This document shows positions 1 to 9,032 of a DNA stretch of 64,000 nucleotides, piece by piece. The position numbers and the translations under genes are program-made. The notes below the pieces were generated by a model. That model saw only the letters and a list, made by a program, of their open reading frames with translations, did not search any database and was not told where the DNA came from. Position 1 is the stretch's first letter. Every line of letters begins with the position of its first letter. This DNA comes from Bryobacteraceae bacterium (lineage in GTDB: Bacteria; Acidobacteriota; Terriglobia; Bryobacterales; Bryobacteraceae): positions 2,341,246 to 2,405,245 of the forward strand of contig OY764903.1 of assembly GCA_963668605.1 (NCBI GenBank), read 5' to 3'.

Positions 1-733
1 AAGTAGCGAAGCCGCGCACCGTCTTGCCATCGATCTCACGCACCTTTGCGACAACGCCCAGATCGTGAATGCGCACCAGCGCGCAGGGCTTTGTTTCGCA
101 CCCCGAAAACGCAAGTTTGACCTTGCGTCCGAAGTTCTGGCAATCGGGATGACCCAAAAGAAAATTGGCGCACGCCTTGGCGTACGGAGTGACATCGAAA
201 GCCTGGTCCCGGCACACTCCGGTGAGCGGGCAAGCGGTCACGTTGCGCACCGTATTGCCGCACGCCTCGCGCGTTGTGATACCCACCGCGGCAAGCCTGC
301 GCATCAGAGCCGGCGTGTCCTCAATGTGTATGAAGTGAAGCTGGATGTCCTGGCGTGTTGTGATGTGCGCGATGCCGTCGGCGTACTCTTCGGCCAACTC
401 GGCCAGCACTTCGATCTGGCTGGCGTCGAGACCGCCGAACGGAATCTTAAGGCGCTGCATCCCAGGCGCATCCCAGAGCGTCGACGGCCCTTTGGTCAGG
501 GCGCCCTGCGGGTATTCCAGTTCGCGCGCCTGTTTGCCGTCGTGGCGATGTCCGTTGTCATAGCGCTGCCCATAGGCGCCGCGGCGCAAGCGCGTTTCGG
601 CAAAGATCTTGTCGTCGATCTTGCCCTGCTTCTTGAGCGCGATCTCGCTCTCGAAGTTGTCGATCTCTTCGCCAAGTTGCGGCGCGATCCGCGCGGCGAG
701 CTTCTCTCTCCACAAGCTGTTGCTGGCTTTCAT
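1..733 (-). CDS. ferredoxin-dependent sulfite/nitrite reductase (siroheme/4Fe-4S), N-terminal part, runs off left edge
   Basis: Absent from the ORF track because it has no stop in the window. My translation from the ATG at 733-731 gives MKASNSLWREKLAARIAPQLGEEIDNFESEIALKKQGKIDDKIFAETRLRRGAYGQRYDNG...ITTRQDIQLHFIHIEDTPALMRRLAAVGITTREACGNTVRNVTACP, which is typical of NirA/Sir-type reductases. The plus ORF 65..778 is its antisense shadow. Confidence 0.8.
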   Translation of the reverse strand, partial: MKASNSLWREKLAARIAPQLGEEIDNFESEIALKKQGKIDDKIFAETRLRRGAYGQRYDNGHRHDGKQARELEYPQGALTKGPSTLWDAPGMQRLKIPFGGLDASQIEVLAELAEEYADGIAHITTRQDIQLHFIHIEDTPALMRRLAAVGITTREACGNTVRNVTACPLTGVCRDQAFDVTPYAKACANFLLGHPDCQNFGRKVKLAFSGCETKPCALVRIHDLGVVAKVREIDGKTVRGFAT

Positions 734-975
734 AACGCGATCCCAGTAATCACCCTTAACTATATCGAATTCAGGTAGATTGCGCAAGCCGGAGCGAGAT
801 ATCGGCCCGAAATTCGTTCTGCCATAACCAATTGTACATTCCTGAGGCGCCAAGGCAGCGCCAGATGGGCGATCGAGGGGTCGCCTACCAGGTCCAGGTG
901 ACGAAAATGCTCAGATTCGCAACTGCGCCGCACACCAAACCTATCAATATCTCCACCGCGCGAGATCGGCTCCGC

Positions 976-981
976 TATAAT
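976..981 (+). promoter_or_regulatory. -10-like hexamer TATAAT 9 nt upstream of modB ATG
   Basis: Perfect TATAAT in GC-rich DNA. There is no Shine-Dalgarno between it and ATG 991. Confidence 0.35.
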
Positions 982-990
982 TGATCTTCC

Positions 991-1656
991 ATGGTGATCG
1001 ACTGGTTCCCGCTTTGGCTCAGCTTGCGCGTCGCCGCACTCTCAACGGCGCTCGCACTGGCGGCCGGATTGTGGATTGCGTACCTGCTGGCCAACCGCAG
1101 TTTCCGCGGCAAGGAGATACTCGACGCCGCCGTTACACTGCCGCTGGTTTTGCCGCCCACGGTGCTCGGCTATTACCTGCTCGTGCTGCTCGGCCGCGAG
1201 AGTCCTATCGGCAAATTGCATGAGGCCGTGTTCGGCGCGCCGCTCGTATTTACCTGGCAGGCGGCGGTGATCGCCGCTTTTTTTCATTCCGCGCCTTTGC
1301 TGATCAAGTCCGCCCGGGCGGCCCTCGAAAGCGTCGACCGTAGCTATGAGCGCGCCGCGCGAAGCTTGGGCGTGCCGGAATGGCGCGTCTTCTGGGCCGT
1401 CACGCTGCCGCTTGCGCGCCGCTCCGTGCTCGCCGCCACCGTGCTTGCCTTCGCGCGCGCGCTTGGCGATTTCGGCGTCACCATCATGATCGCGGGCAAC
1501 ATTCCAGGCCGCACGCAAACCGTCGCTGTCGCGATCTATGACGCCGTCGAATCGGGCAACGGGGCGCTCGCGCGCACGCTCGTGCTGGTGGTTTCCGCCG
1601 TCGCCCTGCTCATCCTGACCATCGCCAACCGGCTGAGCGCAAGGCGGACAGCATGA
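991..1656 (+). CDS. modB: molybdate ABC transporter permease
   Basis: 221-aa multi-pass membrane ORF with an ABC permease EAA-type loop (ERAARSLGVPEWRVFWAVTLPLARR) and a ModB/CysTW-like sequence. ATGA overlap with the next gene. Confidence 0.85.
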   Translation: MVIDWFPLWLSLRVAALSTALALAAGLWIAYLLANRSFRGKEILDAAVTLPLVLPPTVLGYYLLVLLGRESPIGKLHEAVFGAPLVFTWQAAVIAAFFHSAPLLIKSARAALESVDRSYERAARSLGVPEWRVFWAVTLPLARRSVLAATVLAFARALGDFGVTIMIAGNIPGRTQTVAVAIYDAVESGNGALARTLVLVVSAVALLILTIANRLSARRTA

Positions 1657-2723
1657 TCAAGGCGCGCATCCGCAAGAGCTTCCCGGCGGGTCCGGAAGCC
1701 GCCGCCTTCAGCATCGACGTCGAGTTCGAAGCCAGCGCCGGCATCACAGTGCTGTTCGGCCCGAGCGGCGCCGGAAAGACGCTGATCCTCGATTCCATCG
1801 CCGGCTTCGTCAAGCCCACCGAGGGCCGCATCCTGCTCGACGACGCGATCCTGTTCGATGGCGCAACCGGCATACACCTTCCGCCGCAAGAGCGCCGTTG
1901 CGGTTACGTCTTCCAGAACTATGCGCTGTTCCCGCACATGAACCTGCGCAAGAATCTGGAGTTCGCCGCGCACCGCGTCGCACGGCTCGAACGCCATCGA
2001 AAAGTCAGCGAAATGTTGGAGCGCTTCCACCTCGCCGAAGTCGCCGGCCGCCGGCCGCATGAGCTCTCCGGCGGGCAGAAGCAACGCTGCTCGATCGCGC
2101 GCGCGCTGATCGGCGCGCCGAAGCTGCTGCTGCTCGACGAACCCGCGCGCGGCCTCGACGCTCAGCTCCGCGCCGAACTCTACACAGTGCTGCGCGAGGT
2201 GCGCAACGACTTCCGCATCCCCGTGCTGCTCGTCACGCACGACCTTTCGGAGTGCTTCGAACTGGGCGAAGAGATGCTTGTGCTGCGCGACGGCAAAGTC
2301 GTCCAGAGCGGTTCGCCGCGTAAGGTTCTCGACCAGCCGGCCAATGTCGAGGTCGCGCGCCTGCTCGGGCTCTTCAACGTGCTGCCCGCCGAAATCAAGT
2401 CGCTCGATCCTTCGCGCAATGCTAGCCGTCTCAAGCTGGAACAATTCGAACTCACCGGACCCTACTTCCCCGGCCGCCTGCTCGGCGACCGCGTCTGGCT
2501 GTGCGTACGTCCCGAACAACTCAGCGTCGCCGCCCGCGATGGCAAACCAGGACCCAACCAGGCGCCCGCCTCGCTGCTGCGCACCATCGAGAAAGCGCGC
2601 AGCGTGCGCCTCGAGTTTAGCGGCGATATCGCCGTGGATGTACCGCGCGACGAATACGAACGCCAGAAGCATAATAAGGAATGGGTCGTGGAGTTCCCCG
2701 CGGCGGCCCTGAGGGTGTTATGA
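1653..2723 (+). CDS. modC: molybdate ABC transporter ATP-binding protein with C-terminal TOBE-like domain
   Basis: Walker A GPSGAGKT, signature LSGGQKQR, Walker B LLLLDEP and H-loop VTHD, followed by a roughly 120-aa C-terminal extension typical of ModC. Confidence 0.85.
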   Translation: MIKARIRKSFPAGPEAAAFSIDVEFEASAGITVLFGPSGAGKTLILDSIAGFVKPTEGRILLDDAILFDGATGIHLPPQERRCGYVFQNYALFPHMNLRKNLEFAAHRVARLERHRKVSEMLERFHLAEVAGRRPHELSGGQKQRCSIARALIGAPKLLLLDEPARGLDAQLRAELYTVLREVRNDFRIPVLLVTHDLSECFELGEEMLVLRDGKVVQSGSPRKVLDQPANVEVARLLGLFNVLPAEIKSLDPSRNASRLKLEQFELTGPYFPGRLLGDRVWLCVRPEQLSVAARDGKPGPNQAPASLLRTIEKARSVRLEFSGDIAVDVPRDEYERQKHNKEWVVEFPAAALRVL

Positions 2724-3301
2724 AAACGTTCGACGAGTACGTCGCCCTGGCAGAGGCGGCGCACGGCCACATTTGCGCCGGACAGATCCTCGGCGTGCGC
2801 ATGGCCATTCACGGGCTCAATCTTCTCGGCATCGAAGACCCCACAGGCAAGGACCGCAAGCGCCTGGTCACCTTTGTCGAGATCGACCGCTGCGCTACCG
2901 ATGCTGTGACCGTCGTGACCGGCTGCCGCCTCGGCAAGCGCGCGCTCAAGTTCCGCGACTTCGGCAAGGTCGCCGCGACATTCTGCGATCTGCTCGAAGA
3001 TCGCGCCGTGCGCGTGGCGGCAAAGGAATCTTCGAAGCAGCGCGCCGCCGAACTCCATCCGGAAATCAACGAGAAGAAAGTGCAGCAGGTGACGGCCTAT
3101 CGCACGATGCCGGAGGCGGAACTGTTCGATTGCCAATGGGTTCGCGTGCACATCGAACCTGAGGATCTGCCGGGTTTCAAGTCGCCGCGCATCGTCTGCG
3201 ACGAGTGTAACGAAGGTATCAGCTACAAGCGTGAAGTCGTCCGCGACGGCCGCACGCTGTGCCGTGCCTGCGCCGGTGAGCGCTACTACGAAGTGCTCTA
3301 G
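2720..3301 (+). CDS. FmdE-family protein with C-terminal zinc ribbon
   Basis: [14 protein letters not shown] and [21 protein letters not shown] motifs match the FmdE domain, and the C-terminal CDEC...CRAC is a zinc ribbon. I chose the start at MKTFDEY because its ATG overlaps the modC stop (ATGA). The track start at 2681 is probably too long. Confidence 0.8.
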   Translation: MKTFDEYVALAEAAHGHICAGQILGVRMAIHGLNLLGIEDPTGKDRKRLVTFVEIDRCATDAVTVVTGCRLGKRALKFRDFGKVAATFCDLLEDRAVRVAAKESSKQRAAELHPEINEKKVQQVTAYRTMPEAELFDCQWVRVHIEPEDLPGFKSPRIVCDECNEGISYKREVVRDGRTLCRACAGERYYEVL

Positions 3302-3331
3302 GTCTGCGACCGCGAGAATGTGTTCGTTTGT

Positions 3332-3429
3332 GGGGCAGCTTGTCAAGCTGCGCGCCGGTTGCCAACCGGCCCCAAGGTCGGGCCTGGCCGGGTCAGGGGA
3401 CCCGAGGCGGTCCAGGGGGACCGCCCCCC
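3332..3429. repeat. GC-rich intergenic repeat, family 1, copy A
   Basis: Two small hairpins (CAGCTTG-T-CAAGCTG and GCCGGTT-GCC-AACCGGC) followed by GGTCGGGCC...GGGGACCGCCCCCC. Its reverse complement aligns closely with 43974-44040. Confidence 0.6.
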
Positions 3430-3435
3430 AAGATC

Positions 3436-3993
3436 ATGTTGCGCTACTACATCACGGACCGCCATGCGATCGGCGGCACGCTCGCGCTTCTCGATTGCAT
3501 CGCGCTGAATCTCGCGCGCGGCATTGAGATGATCCAGATCCGCGAGAAGGATCTCTCTGCCTTCGATCTGCTGGAACTCACGCGCGCCGCGCTTGCCCTA
3601 CCGAATCCGCACAGCGCGAAAATTCTGGTGAACGCACGCGCCGACATCGCCATCGCCGCCGGTGCGCACGGTGTGCATCTGCCGTCCGATTCCTTTGCCC
3701 CGCACCATCTGCGCGCGCTCGGCGCACTGACCATCGGCGTCTCCTGCCACAGCATCGACGACCTTCGCCGCGCGGAGGCCGAGGGAGCGGACTTCGCCGT
3801 CTTCAGCCCCGTCTTCTTCACACCATCCAAAGCCGCCTTCACGCCGCAGGGAGTGGAACGCCTAAGTGCAGCAGCCGCTTCGGTGTGTCTGCCTGTCCTG
3901 GCGCTCGGCGGCGTCAATGCAGGGAACGCGCCACTGTGCATCGAAGCCGGGGCCGCGGGCATTGCCGGCATCTCACTGTTCCAGGCATTGTAA
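3436..3993 (+). CDS. thiE: thiamine-phosphate synthase
   Basis: [25 protein letters not shown] and PVLALGGV motifs. I chose the internal start MLRYYITD because the upstream part of the track ORF is the family 1 repeat. Confidence 0.8.
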   Translation: MLRYYITDRHAIGGTLALLDCIALNLARGIEMIQIREKDLSAFDLLELTRAALALPNPHSAKILVNARADIAIAAGAHGVHLPSDSFAPHHLRALGALTIGVSCHSIDDLRRAEAEGADFAVFSPVFFTPSKAAFTPQGVERLSAAAASVCLPVLALGGVNAGNAPLCIEAGAAGIAGISLFQAL

Positions 3994-4002
3994 GATACAG
4001 TC

Positions 4003-5064
4003 ATGCGAATTTCGAAGTATTTGGCATTGCTGCTCTGCGTCTCGTCCGCCGTTTTTGCCGCCGACGAGGTGGTTGGCGGCCCTTTCGTCGTAAACGTCAC
4101 GGGCAAGTCGGCGACCGTTTCCTGGGTCGTAAAGACTTCTGAGGTAAAGATTGGCGGATCGGCCGCACGCAGCATTCCCGTGCTGCGCTCCGAAAAAGTC
4201 TCGTTCACGAACCTGAAGCCTGGCGAGAAGGTCGAGTACGACGTTCTCGGCGGCAAGCCGGAAGGCAAGGGCTACTTCAAGACCGCGGCTCCCAAGGGCG
4301 CGTCGTTCCACTTCGTCATTTTCGGCGACACGCGCACGCGCCACGAACTGCACCAGAAGATCGCGGACGCGATCGAAAAATCCGAGCCCGACTTTGTCGT
4401 GCACACCGGCGATCTGGTCACCGACGGCAGCGACCTCGCGCAATGGCCCATCTTCTTCAATATCGAACGCGCCATGTTGCGTAAGACCGCGTTCTACCCC
4501 GTGCTCGGCAATCACGAGCGCAACAACCGGCGCTTCTATGAGTTCTTCGACGTCTCCACGCCGTACTACTCTTTCGATTGGGGCTCGGCCCACTTCACCA
4601 TGCTGAACAGCGACCTGGACAATGTCGCACTGAGCGAGACGGCGAAGGAGAGTTTCTGGGCAGAGCAGCAGCGCTGGATGGAGGACGATCTCGCCAAAGC
4701 CAAGGGCGCCGAATTCCGTTTTGTGATTATGCACCACCCGCCCTTCACGGCCGTGAAGCGCCGCCAGGGCGAGGATAAGGCCGTCGGCAAGCTGGTGCCG
4801 CTCTTCGAGAAGTATAAGGTAAACGCGGTGTTGTCGGGCCACGACCACAACTACCAGCGCCACATCCAGAACGGCATCACCTACATCATCACCGGTGGTG
4901 GTGGGGCGCCGCTTTACCCTGTGGACGCACCCATTCCCGGCGTCACGCAAAAGTTGGAAAGCACGGAGCACTTCGTCAAGGTGAACGTCGTGCCGGGCAA
5001 AGTCACGCTTGAGGCGGTCGCGCTTGACGGTCATGTGATCGAGAGCGTCGATCTGAAGCCGTAA
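4003..5064 (+). CDS. secreted metallophosphoesterase (purple acid phosphatase-like)
   Basis: Signal peptide plus the calcineurin-like motifs GDTR, HTGDLV, GNHE, MHHP and GHDHNYQ. Confidence 0.85.
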   Translation: MRISKYLALLLCVSSAVFAADEVVGGPFVVNVTGKSATVSWVVKTSEVKIGGSAARSIPVLRSEKVSFTNLKPGEKVEYDVLGGKPEGKGYFKTAAPKGASFHFVIFGDTRTRHELHQKIADAIEKSEPDFVVHTGDLVTDGSDLAQWPIFFNIERAMLRKTAFYPVLGNHERNNRRFYEFFDVSTPYYSFDWGSAHFTMLNSDLDNVALSETAKESFWAEQQRWMEDDLAKAKGAEFRFVIMHHPPFTAVKRRQGEDKAVGKLVPLFEKYKVNAVLSGHDHNYQRHIQNGITYIITGGGGAPLYPVDAPIPGVTQKLESTEHFVKVNVVPGKVTLEAVALDGHVIESVDLKP

Positions 5065-7502
5065 TGCCTCGCGCGCTGTTGGCCGCCGTCCTTTTGCTAA
5101 GCGCGAATCTGGCGGCGGAGCAGCGCGCAGGCTACTATCGCGGCGCACTCGTCCGCTTTGAAGTGGTGGATGGGCTCGCCATCTATCAAGGCGACATCGT
5201 ACTTGGCCGTGCGGATGAGATCGAAGCGGCGCCTGCTCCTGCGAAAGCCCCTGGCCGAGAGAGCGTTGTCATTACAGGCGAGCGTTACCGCTGGCCCGGC
5301 GGCAAGATCGCCTACACAATCGAACCGGCCGACTGGTCCATCCAGCCGCGCATCCTGCAAGCCATCCAGCACTGGAACGACAACACCCCGCTCAAGATTG
5401 CTCCGCGCGCCGCGGAAACCAGTTACATACGCTTCGTGCGCAACACGGACCAGAGTGCGGGCATCTGCTCCTCCCGCGTCGGAATGGCCGGGGGCAGACA
5501 GGACATCACACTGGTCGACGGCTGCAGCGTGGGTTCGATCATCCATGAGATCGGGCACGCCGTCGGGCTGTGGCATGAGCAGAGCCGCGCCGACCGCAAC
5601 ACCTTCGTCACAGTGCTGTTCGACAACATCGAAACGAAATACGCCTACAACTTCGACCAGCAGATCAGCACCGGCGACGACATCGGCCCCTATGATTTCG
5701 GCTCGATCATGCACTACTCGGCCTTCGAGTTTTCGAAGAGTGGCCTGCCTTCGATCGAGACCGTGCCAGCGGGCATTCCGCTGGGTCAGCGCGCCGTCCT
5801 GTCGGCGGGCGATCTCGACGCCGTGCGGCGCTTGTACGGAGCGGGCGTTCCGGGCGTGACCATCGGTACGAATCCGGCGGGTCTAACCTACACCGTCGAT
5901 GGTGTGGGCTACAACTCCGCAGCTACTTTCGCGTGGGCCGAAGGCACGACGCACAGTATCGGCGTTCCCGCGACACAGGGCGGCGCTCAATCCCGCTACG
6001 TGTTTGCCGCGTGGAGCGATGCGGGCGCCACAGCGCACACGGTAACGGCAAGTGCTTCGTTGACAGTGCTGACGGCGAATTTCAAGCGCCAGTATCTCGT
6101 CGCACTGAACGACGCGACGGGCGGAGCGATCGCGATCTATCCGCCCGCGGACGACGGCTTCTATGATGATCGTTCCAGCGTCGAACTCACGGCAAAACCC
6201 GACCGCGGCTTTCAGTTTCTGTCCTGGGTAAACGCTCAGGGCGCCAGTCAGGGCGCGGCGAATCCGCGCATCATTCGCATCGGCGCTTCGCTCGCGGCCT
6301 ATGCCCGCTTCACCCAGGAGCCCGTGACCAGCATCACCACTTCCCCGCCCGGCCGTCCGGTCATCGTCGATGGCGCCACCCTCACCGCGCCACAGGCGTT
6401 CACTTGGAAACCCGGCACGACGCACACAGTGGAGGCACGCACGACCAGTACCGACCCGGACACGCGCTACGCGTTCCGCAATTGGAGCGACGGCGGCGCC
6501 ATTGCGCATAGCGTCCTGGCGTCGGCCACCGCCGCTACGCTGACCGCACAACTGCTGCCGTCGTACCGGCTCTCGCTCACGGCTGCCAGCACCACGGGAG
6601 GATCGCTGGCCGCCAGCCCGAGTTCGCCCGATGGATTCTATGAACACGGCAGCGCCGTGCAGCTCACGGCGCTGCCGGGGCCCGGATTCACGCTCTCGGG
6701 ATGGACGGGCGATCTCTTCGGAGGCAACGCGACGCGCACGATTTCGATGACGGCGCCGCGCGATGTCACCGCCAACTTCATCCGCTCCAATCTGCTTCCG
6801 CCGCTCGCGGTGCTGAACGCGGCAAGCTTCGATGTCACGCCGATCGTACCGGGCGAAATCGTGACGCTCTTCGGAGCGGGCATCGGCCCCAGCACTCCGG
6901 CGGGAATGGATGTCAGTGCGGGCAAGGCCGCAACCGCGCTGGCCAACACGCGCGTGCTCTTCGACAACGTTGCCGCGCCGCTGACTTATGTTTCGGAGAA
7001 TCAAGTAAGCGCCGTCACGCCGTTCGGAATTGCGGGCCGGACCTCGGTAACGATTGCAGCCGAACGCAACGGCGCGGTACTTTACAGACTCCAACGCAGT
7101 GTGGCCGAATCGGCTCCGGCTATCTTCACACTCGATTCGTCGGGCCGTGGCGCGGGTGCGATTCTCAACCAGGATTACAGCGTGAACACACCCGCTAACC
7201 CGGCGTCGCGCGGCGAGGTAGTCATGCTCTACGCCACCGGAATTGGAGCCACGACTCCCGCGGGAGAGGATGGCAGACTCGCCGGCGCGCCGCTGCCGCT
7301 CGCGCAGCTCTCCGTCGCCGTGCGCATCGACGGCCGGCCCGCCAGGGTGCTCTACGCGGGCGCGGCGCCGGGCCTCGTCGCCGGCGTCATGCAGGTCAAT
7401 GTCGAGCTGCCGGACGGAATTCCACCCGGACCCGCGCTGTCTGTCCATCTTGTCGTAGGCACCGAGATCAATCAGCACGGCCTGACCATCGCGGTGCACT
7501 GA
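5064..7502 (+). CDS. secreted astacin-family (M12A) zinc metalloprotease with beta-sandwich repeats and Solibacter-type C-terminal domain
   Basis: HEIGHAVGLWHEQSRADRN fits the astacin signature and SIMHY fits the Met-turn. Four alternating repeats of about 85 aa follow (W..G..H...A...).The C-terminus (SAPAIFTLDSSGRGAGAILN...VVMLYATGIG...AAPGLVAGVMQVNVELP) resembles TIGR03437. The ATG overlaps the upstream stop (TAATG). Confidence 0.85.
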   Translation: MPRALLAAVLLLSANLAAEQRAGYYRGALVRFEVVDGLAIYQGDIVLGRADEIEAAPAPAKAPGRESVVITGERYRWPGGKIAYTIEPADWSIQPRILQAIQHWNDNTPLKIAPRAAETSYIRFVRNTDQSAGICSSRVGMAGGRQDITLVDGCSVGSIIHEIGHAVGLWHEQSRADRNTFVTVLFDNIETKYAYNFDQQISTGDDIGPYDFGSIMHYSAFEFSKSGLPSIETVPAGIPLGQRAVLSAGDLDAVRRLYGAGVPGVTIGTNPAGLTYTVDGVGYNSAATFAWAEGTTHSIGVPATQGGAQSRYVFAAWSDAGATAHTVTASASLTVLTANFKRQYLVALNDATGGAIAIYPPADDGFYDDRSSVELTAKPDRGFQFLSWVNAQGASQGAANPRIIRIGASLAAYARFTQEPVTSITTSPPGRPVIVDGATLTAPQAFTWKPGTTHTVEARTTSTDPDTRYAFRNWSDGGAIAHSVLASATAATLTAQLLPSYRLSLTAASTTGGSLAASPSSPDGFYEHGSAVQLTALPGPGFTLSGWTGDLFGGNATRTISMTAPRDVTANFIRSNLLPPLAVLNAASFDVTPIVPGEIVTLFGAGIGPSTPAGMDVSAGKAATALANTRVLFDNVAAPLTYVSENQVSAVTPFGIAGRTSVTIAAERNGAVLYRLQRSVAESAPAIFTLDSSGRGAGAILNQDYSVNTPANPASRGEVVMLYATGIGATTPAGEDGRLAGAPLPLAQLSVAVRIDGRPARVLYAGAAPGLVAGVMQVNVELPDGIPPGPALSVHLVVGTEINQHGLTIAVH

Positions 7503-7540
7503 ACGGGTGCGCGGCATAGAGGTGGAGGCTCACGCGGAAG

Positions 7541-7578
7541 GCGGAACCCCAGTTCCGCAACCGGCCCCCCGGCCGGTT
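7541..7578 (+). terminator. two back-to-back GC hairpins after the astacin gene
   Basis: GCGGAAC-CCCA-GTTCCGC followed by AACCGGCC-CCCC-GGCCGGTT. There is no U-tract. Confidence 0.35.
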
Positions 7579-7674
7579 TCAGGTGTCACCGAGAACGTCA
7601 CCGCCGCGAATACGCTATTCCGGCGTGATGTAATTCAAGCGACGCTTTCAGCACGTTCGATGGTCGAATGCCGG

Positions 7675-7719
7675 CAGGGCGACCTGGGGGTCACCCGCGG
7701 ACGAGGGCGTCCGCCCCCC
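7675..7719. repeat. GC-rich intergenic repeat, family 1, partial copy B
   Basis: GGGGGTCACCCGCGGACGAGGGCGTCCGCCCCCC resembles the GGGGACCCGAGGCGGTCCAGGGGGACCGCCCCCC end of copy A. Confidence 0.4.
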
Positions 7720-7905
7720 AGTTTGCCAACGCGCCTTAAGTATTTTCTATGTCGCGCACCAGCGCTGAACGCGAGCCTCAATTCGGAGCTCGCACTCTGA
7801 TAGCATGGATGCCGAATGGTTCAAAGGCGTCGCGTCCCGCAATCGACTCAGCTACAAGTCGAGGGAAATCCGCCGGCAGATATCGTAAGAAAGGATTCTA
7901 AGTTT

Positions 7906-8940
7906 ATGTTGAGTAGGAGAGGCTTCCTGGGCGCTGCCATTCCGGCAGTTGCGGCCGCGACTGCACGCACGCCGGTGAAGCTTGGGGTGGCCGTAGGCTG
8001 CATCAGCGCGAATAAATGGACGCCGTATCAGTACCTGGATTATCTGGCTAAGATCGGGGTCCAGGTGGGTCAGTTTCCCATCGCCGCGTTGGGAGTGAAT
8101 CCGATGACGCCCGATGAAGACGCGCTGCAACGCGTCCACGGCTACGCCGGGAAATTGGGCATCGCGATGTCGCTTTCAGGCGGATCGATCTGCCCGAGTG
8201 CGAGTGCGTTCAACGCAAAGCTGGGCACTGCGGAAGAACAGATCGCGCGCGGCCTGAAGATCTCGCGCATTTTCGGAGCGACCACGATGCGTGTGGTGAC
8301 GGGCAGCGCCAAGGAGCGTCCCGAAATCGAGAAGCACATCGCAAATACCACTAAGGTATTGAAAGGCATGCGCTCGCGAATTCGGGATTCGGGCGTCAAA
8401 ATCGCCTTGGAGAATCACGGCGGCGATGTCCAGGCTCGCGAAGTCAAGGCGATGATAGAAGACGTCGGCAGCGATATCCTCGGCGTTTGCATCGACACGG
8501 GCAATCCGCTCTGGGTGCTGGAGGATCCGCACCTCACGCTGGAGTTGCTCGGTCCTGTGTCGATTGACAACCACGTCCGCGACACGGCCATCTGGCGTGT
8601 GCCCGAAGGCGTGGCGGTCCGCTGGGTCAACATGGGCGAGGGTAATGTGGACATCGACGGATGGGTAAAGAAGTTTGTGCAGACGCATCCCGGACAAGCA
8701 ATAACATTTGAGAACATCGTCTCGCCGGAGCCGCGAATTATTCGAGTTTTCGACCGTGAAACTTTCAAGGATTATCCTAAAATGCCGGCATCGGATTTGA
8801 GCCGCTATCTCGCCCTTGCGGAACGGGGAAAAGCGGTTCCCGCCGTCCCTCCGACGCCAGGAAAGAGCCGGGGCCAGCAGCAGTGTGACGATCTGGAAGT
8901 TTGCGTACGCTATACCCGTAAACTGCTTGAGAACATGTGA
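7906..8940 (+). CDS. Tat-exported sugar phosphate isomerase/epimerase (xylose isomerase-like TIM barrel)
   Basis: MLSRRGFLGAA twin-arginine signal, AAGGA SD before ATG 7906, and TIM-barrel-type motifs (IALENHGG, CIDTGN). Confidence 0.75.
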   Translation: MLSRRGFLGAAIPAVAAATARTPVKLGVAVGCISANKWTPYQYLDYLAKIGVQVGQFPIAALGVNPMTPDEDALQRVHGYAGKLGIAMSLSGGSICPSASAFNAKLGTAEEQIARGLKISRIFGATTMRVVTGSAKERPEIEKHIANTTKVLKGMRSRIRDSGVKIALENHGGDVQAREVKAMIEDVGSDILGVCIDTGNPLWVLEDPHLTLELLGPVSIDNHVRDTAIWRVPEGVAVRWVNMGEGNVDIDGWVKKFVQTHPGQAITFENIVSPEPRIIRVFDRETFKDYPKMPASDLSRYLALAERGKAVPAVPPTPGKSRGQQQCDDLEVCVRYTRKLLENM

Positions 8941-9032
8941 TCCAGGAACGACGGCTACGCTATCGCCGCCGGGTGCATTCGTAGTATCCTGGAATTTGAC
9001 AGTCACTCTTTGAGAGTTGGAGGTGTGTTTCT

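Noticed and set aside
734-990. A Moco riboswitch in the divergent sulfite reductase / modB spacer.
   Set aside because: Two small hairpins are present (GGCGC-7 nt-GCGCC and GGCGA-8 nt-TCGCC), but I could not match the conserved Moco motif from memory. It needs Rfam RF01055 cmsearch, so it is left unassigned.
3302-3435. A TPP riboswitch upstream of thiE. I also looked for SAM riboswitches upstream of metY (35369-35374) and metX (60624-60683).
   Set aside because: No CTGAGA / ACCTGATCTGGATAATGCCAGCG-type TPP core is present, and the thiE leader is occupied by the family 1 repeat. The met gene leaders are too short to hold a riboswitch.
5883-7517. A 544-aa minus-strand ORF, and many similar long ORFs (for example 1536-2672, 2462-3346, 3973-5148, 8176-9006, 10758-11765, 17727-18773, 19746-20696, 23207-24241, 30905-32083, 38448-39461, 40897-42153 and 63182-63955).
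   Set aside because: They lie antisense or out of frame to genes with clear family motifs. They are Arg/Ala/Gly-rich with no recognisable domains, and they are expected shadows in GC-rich DNA.
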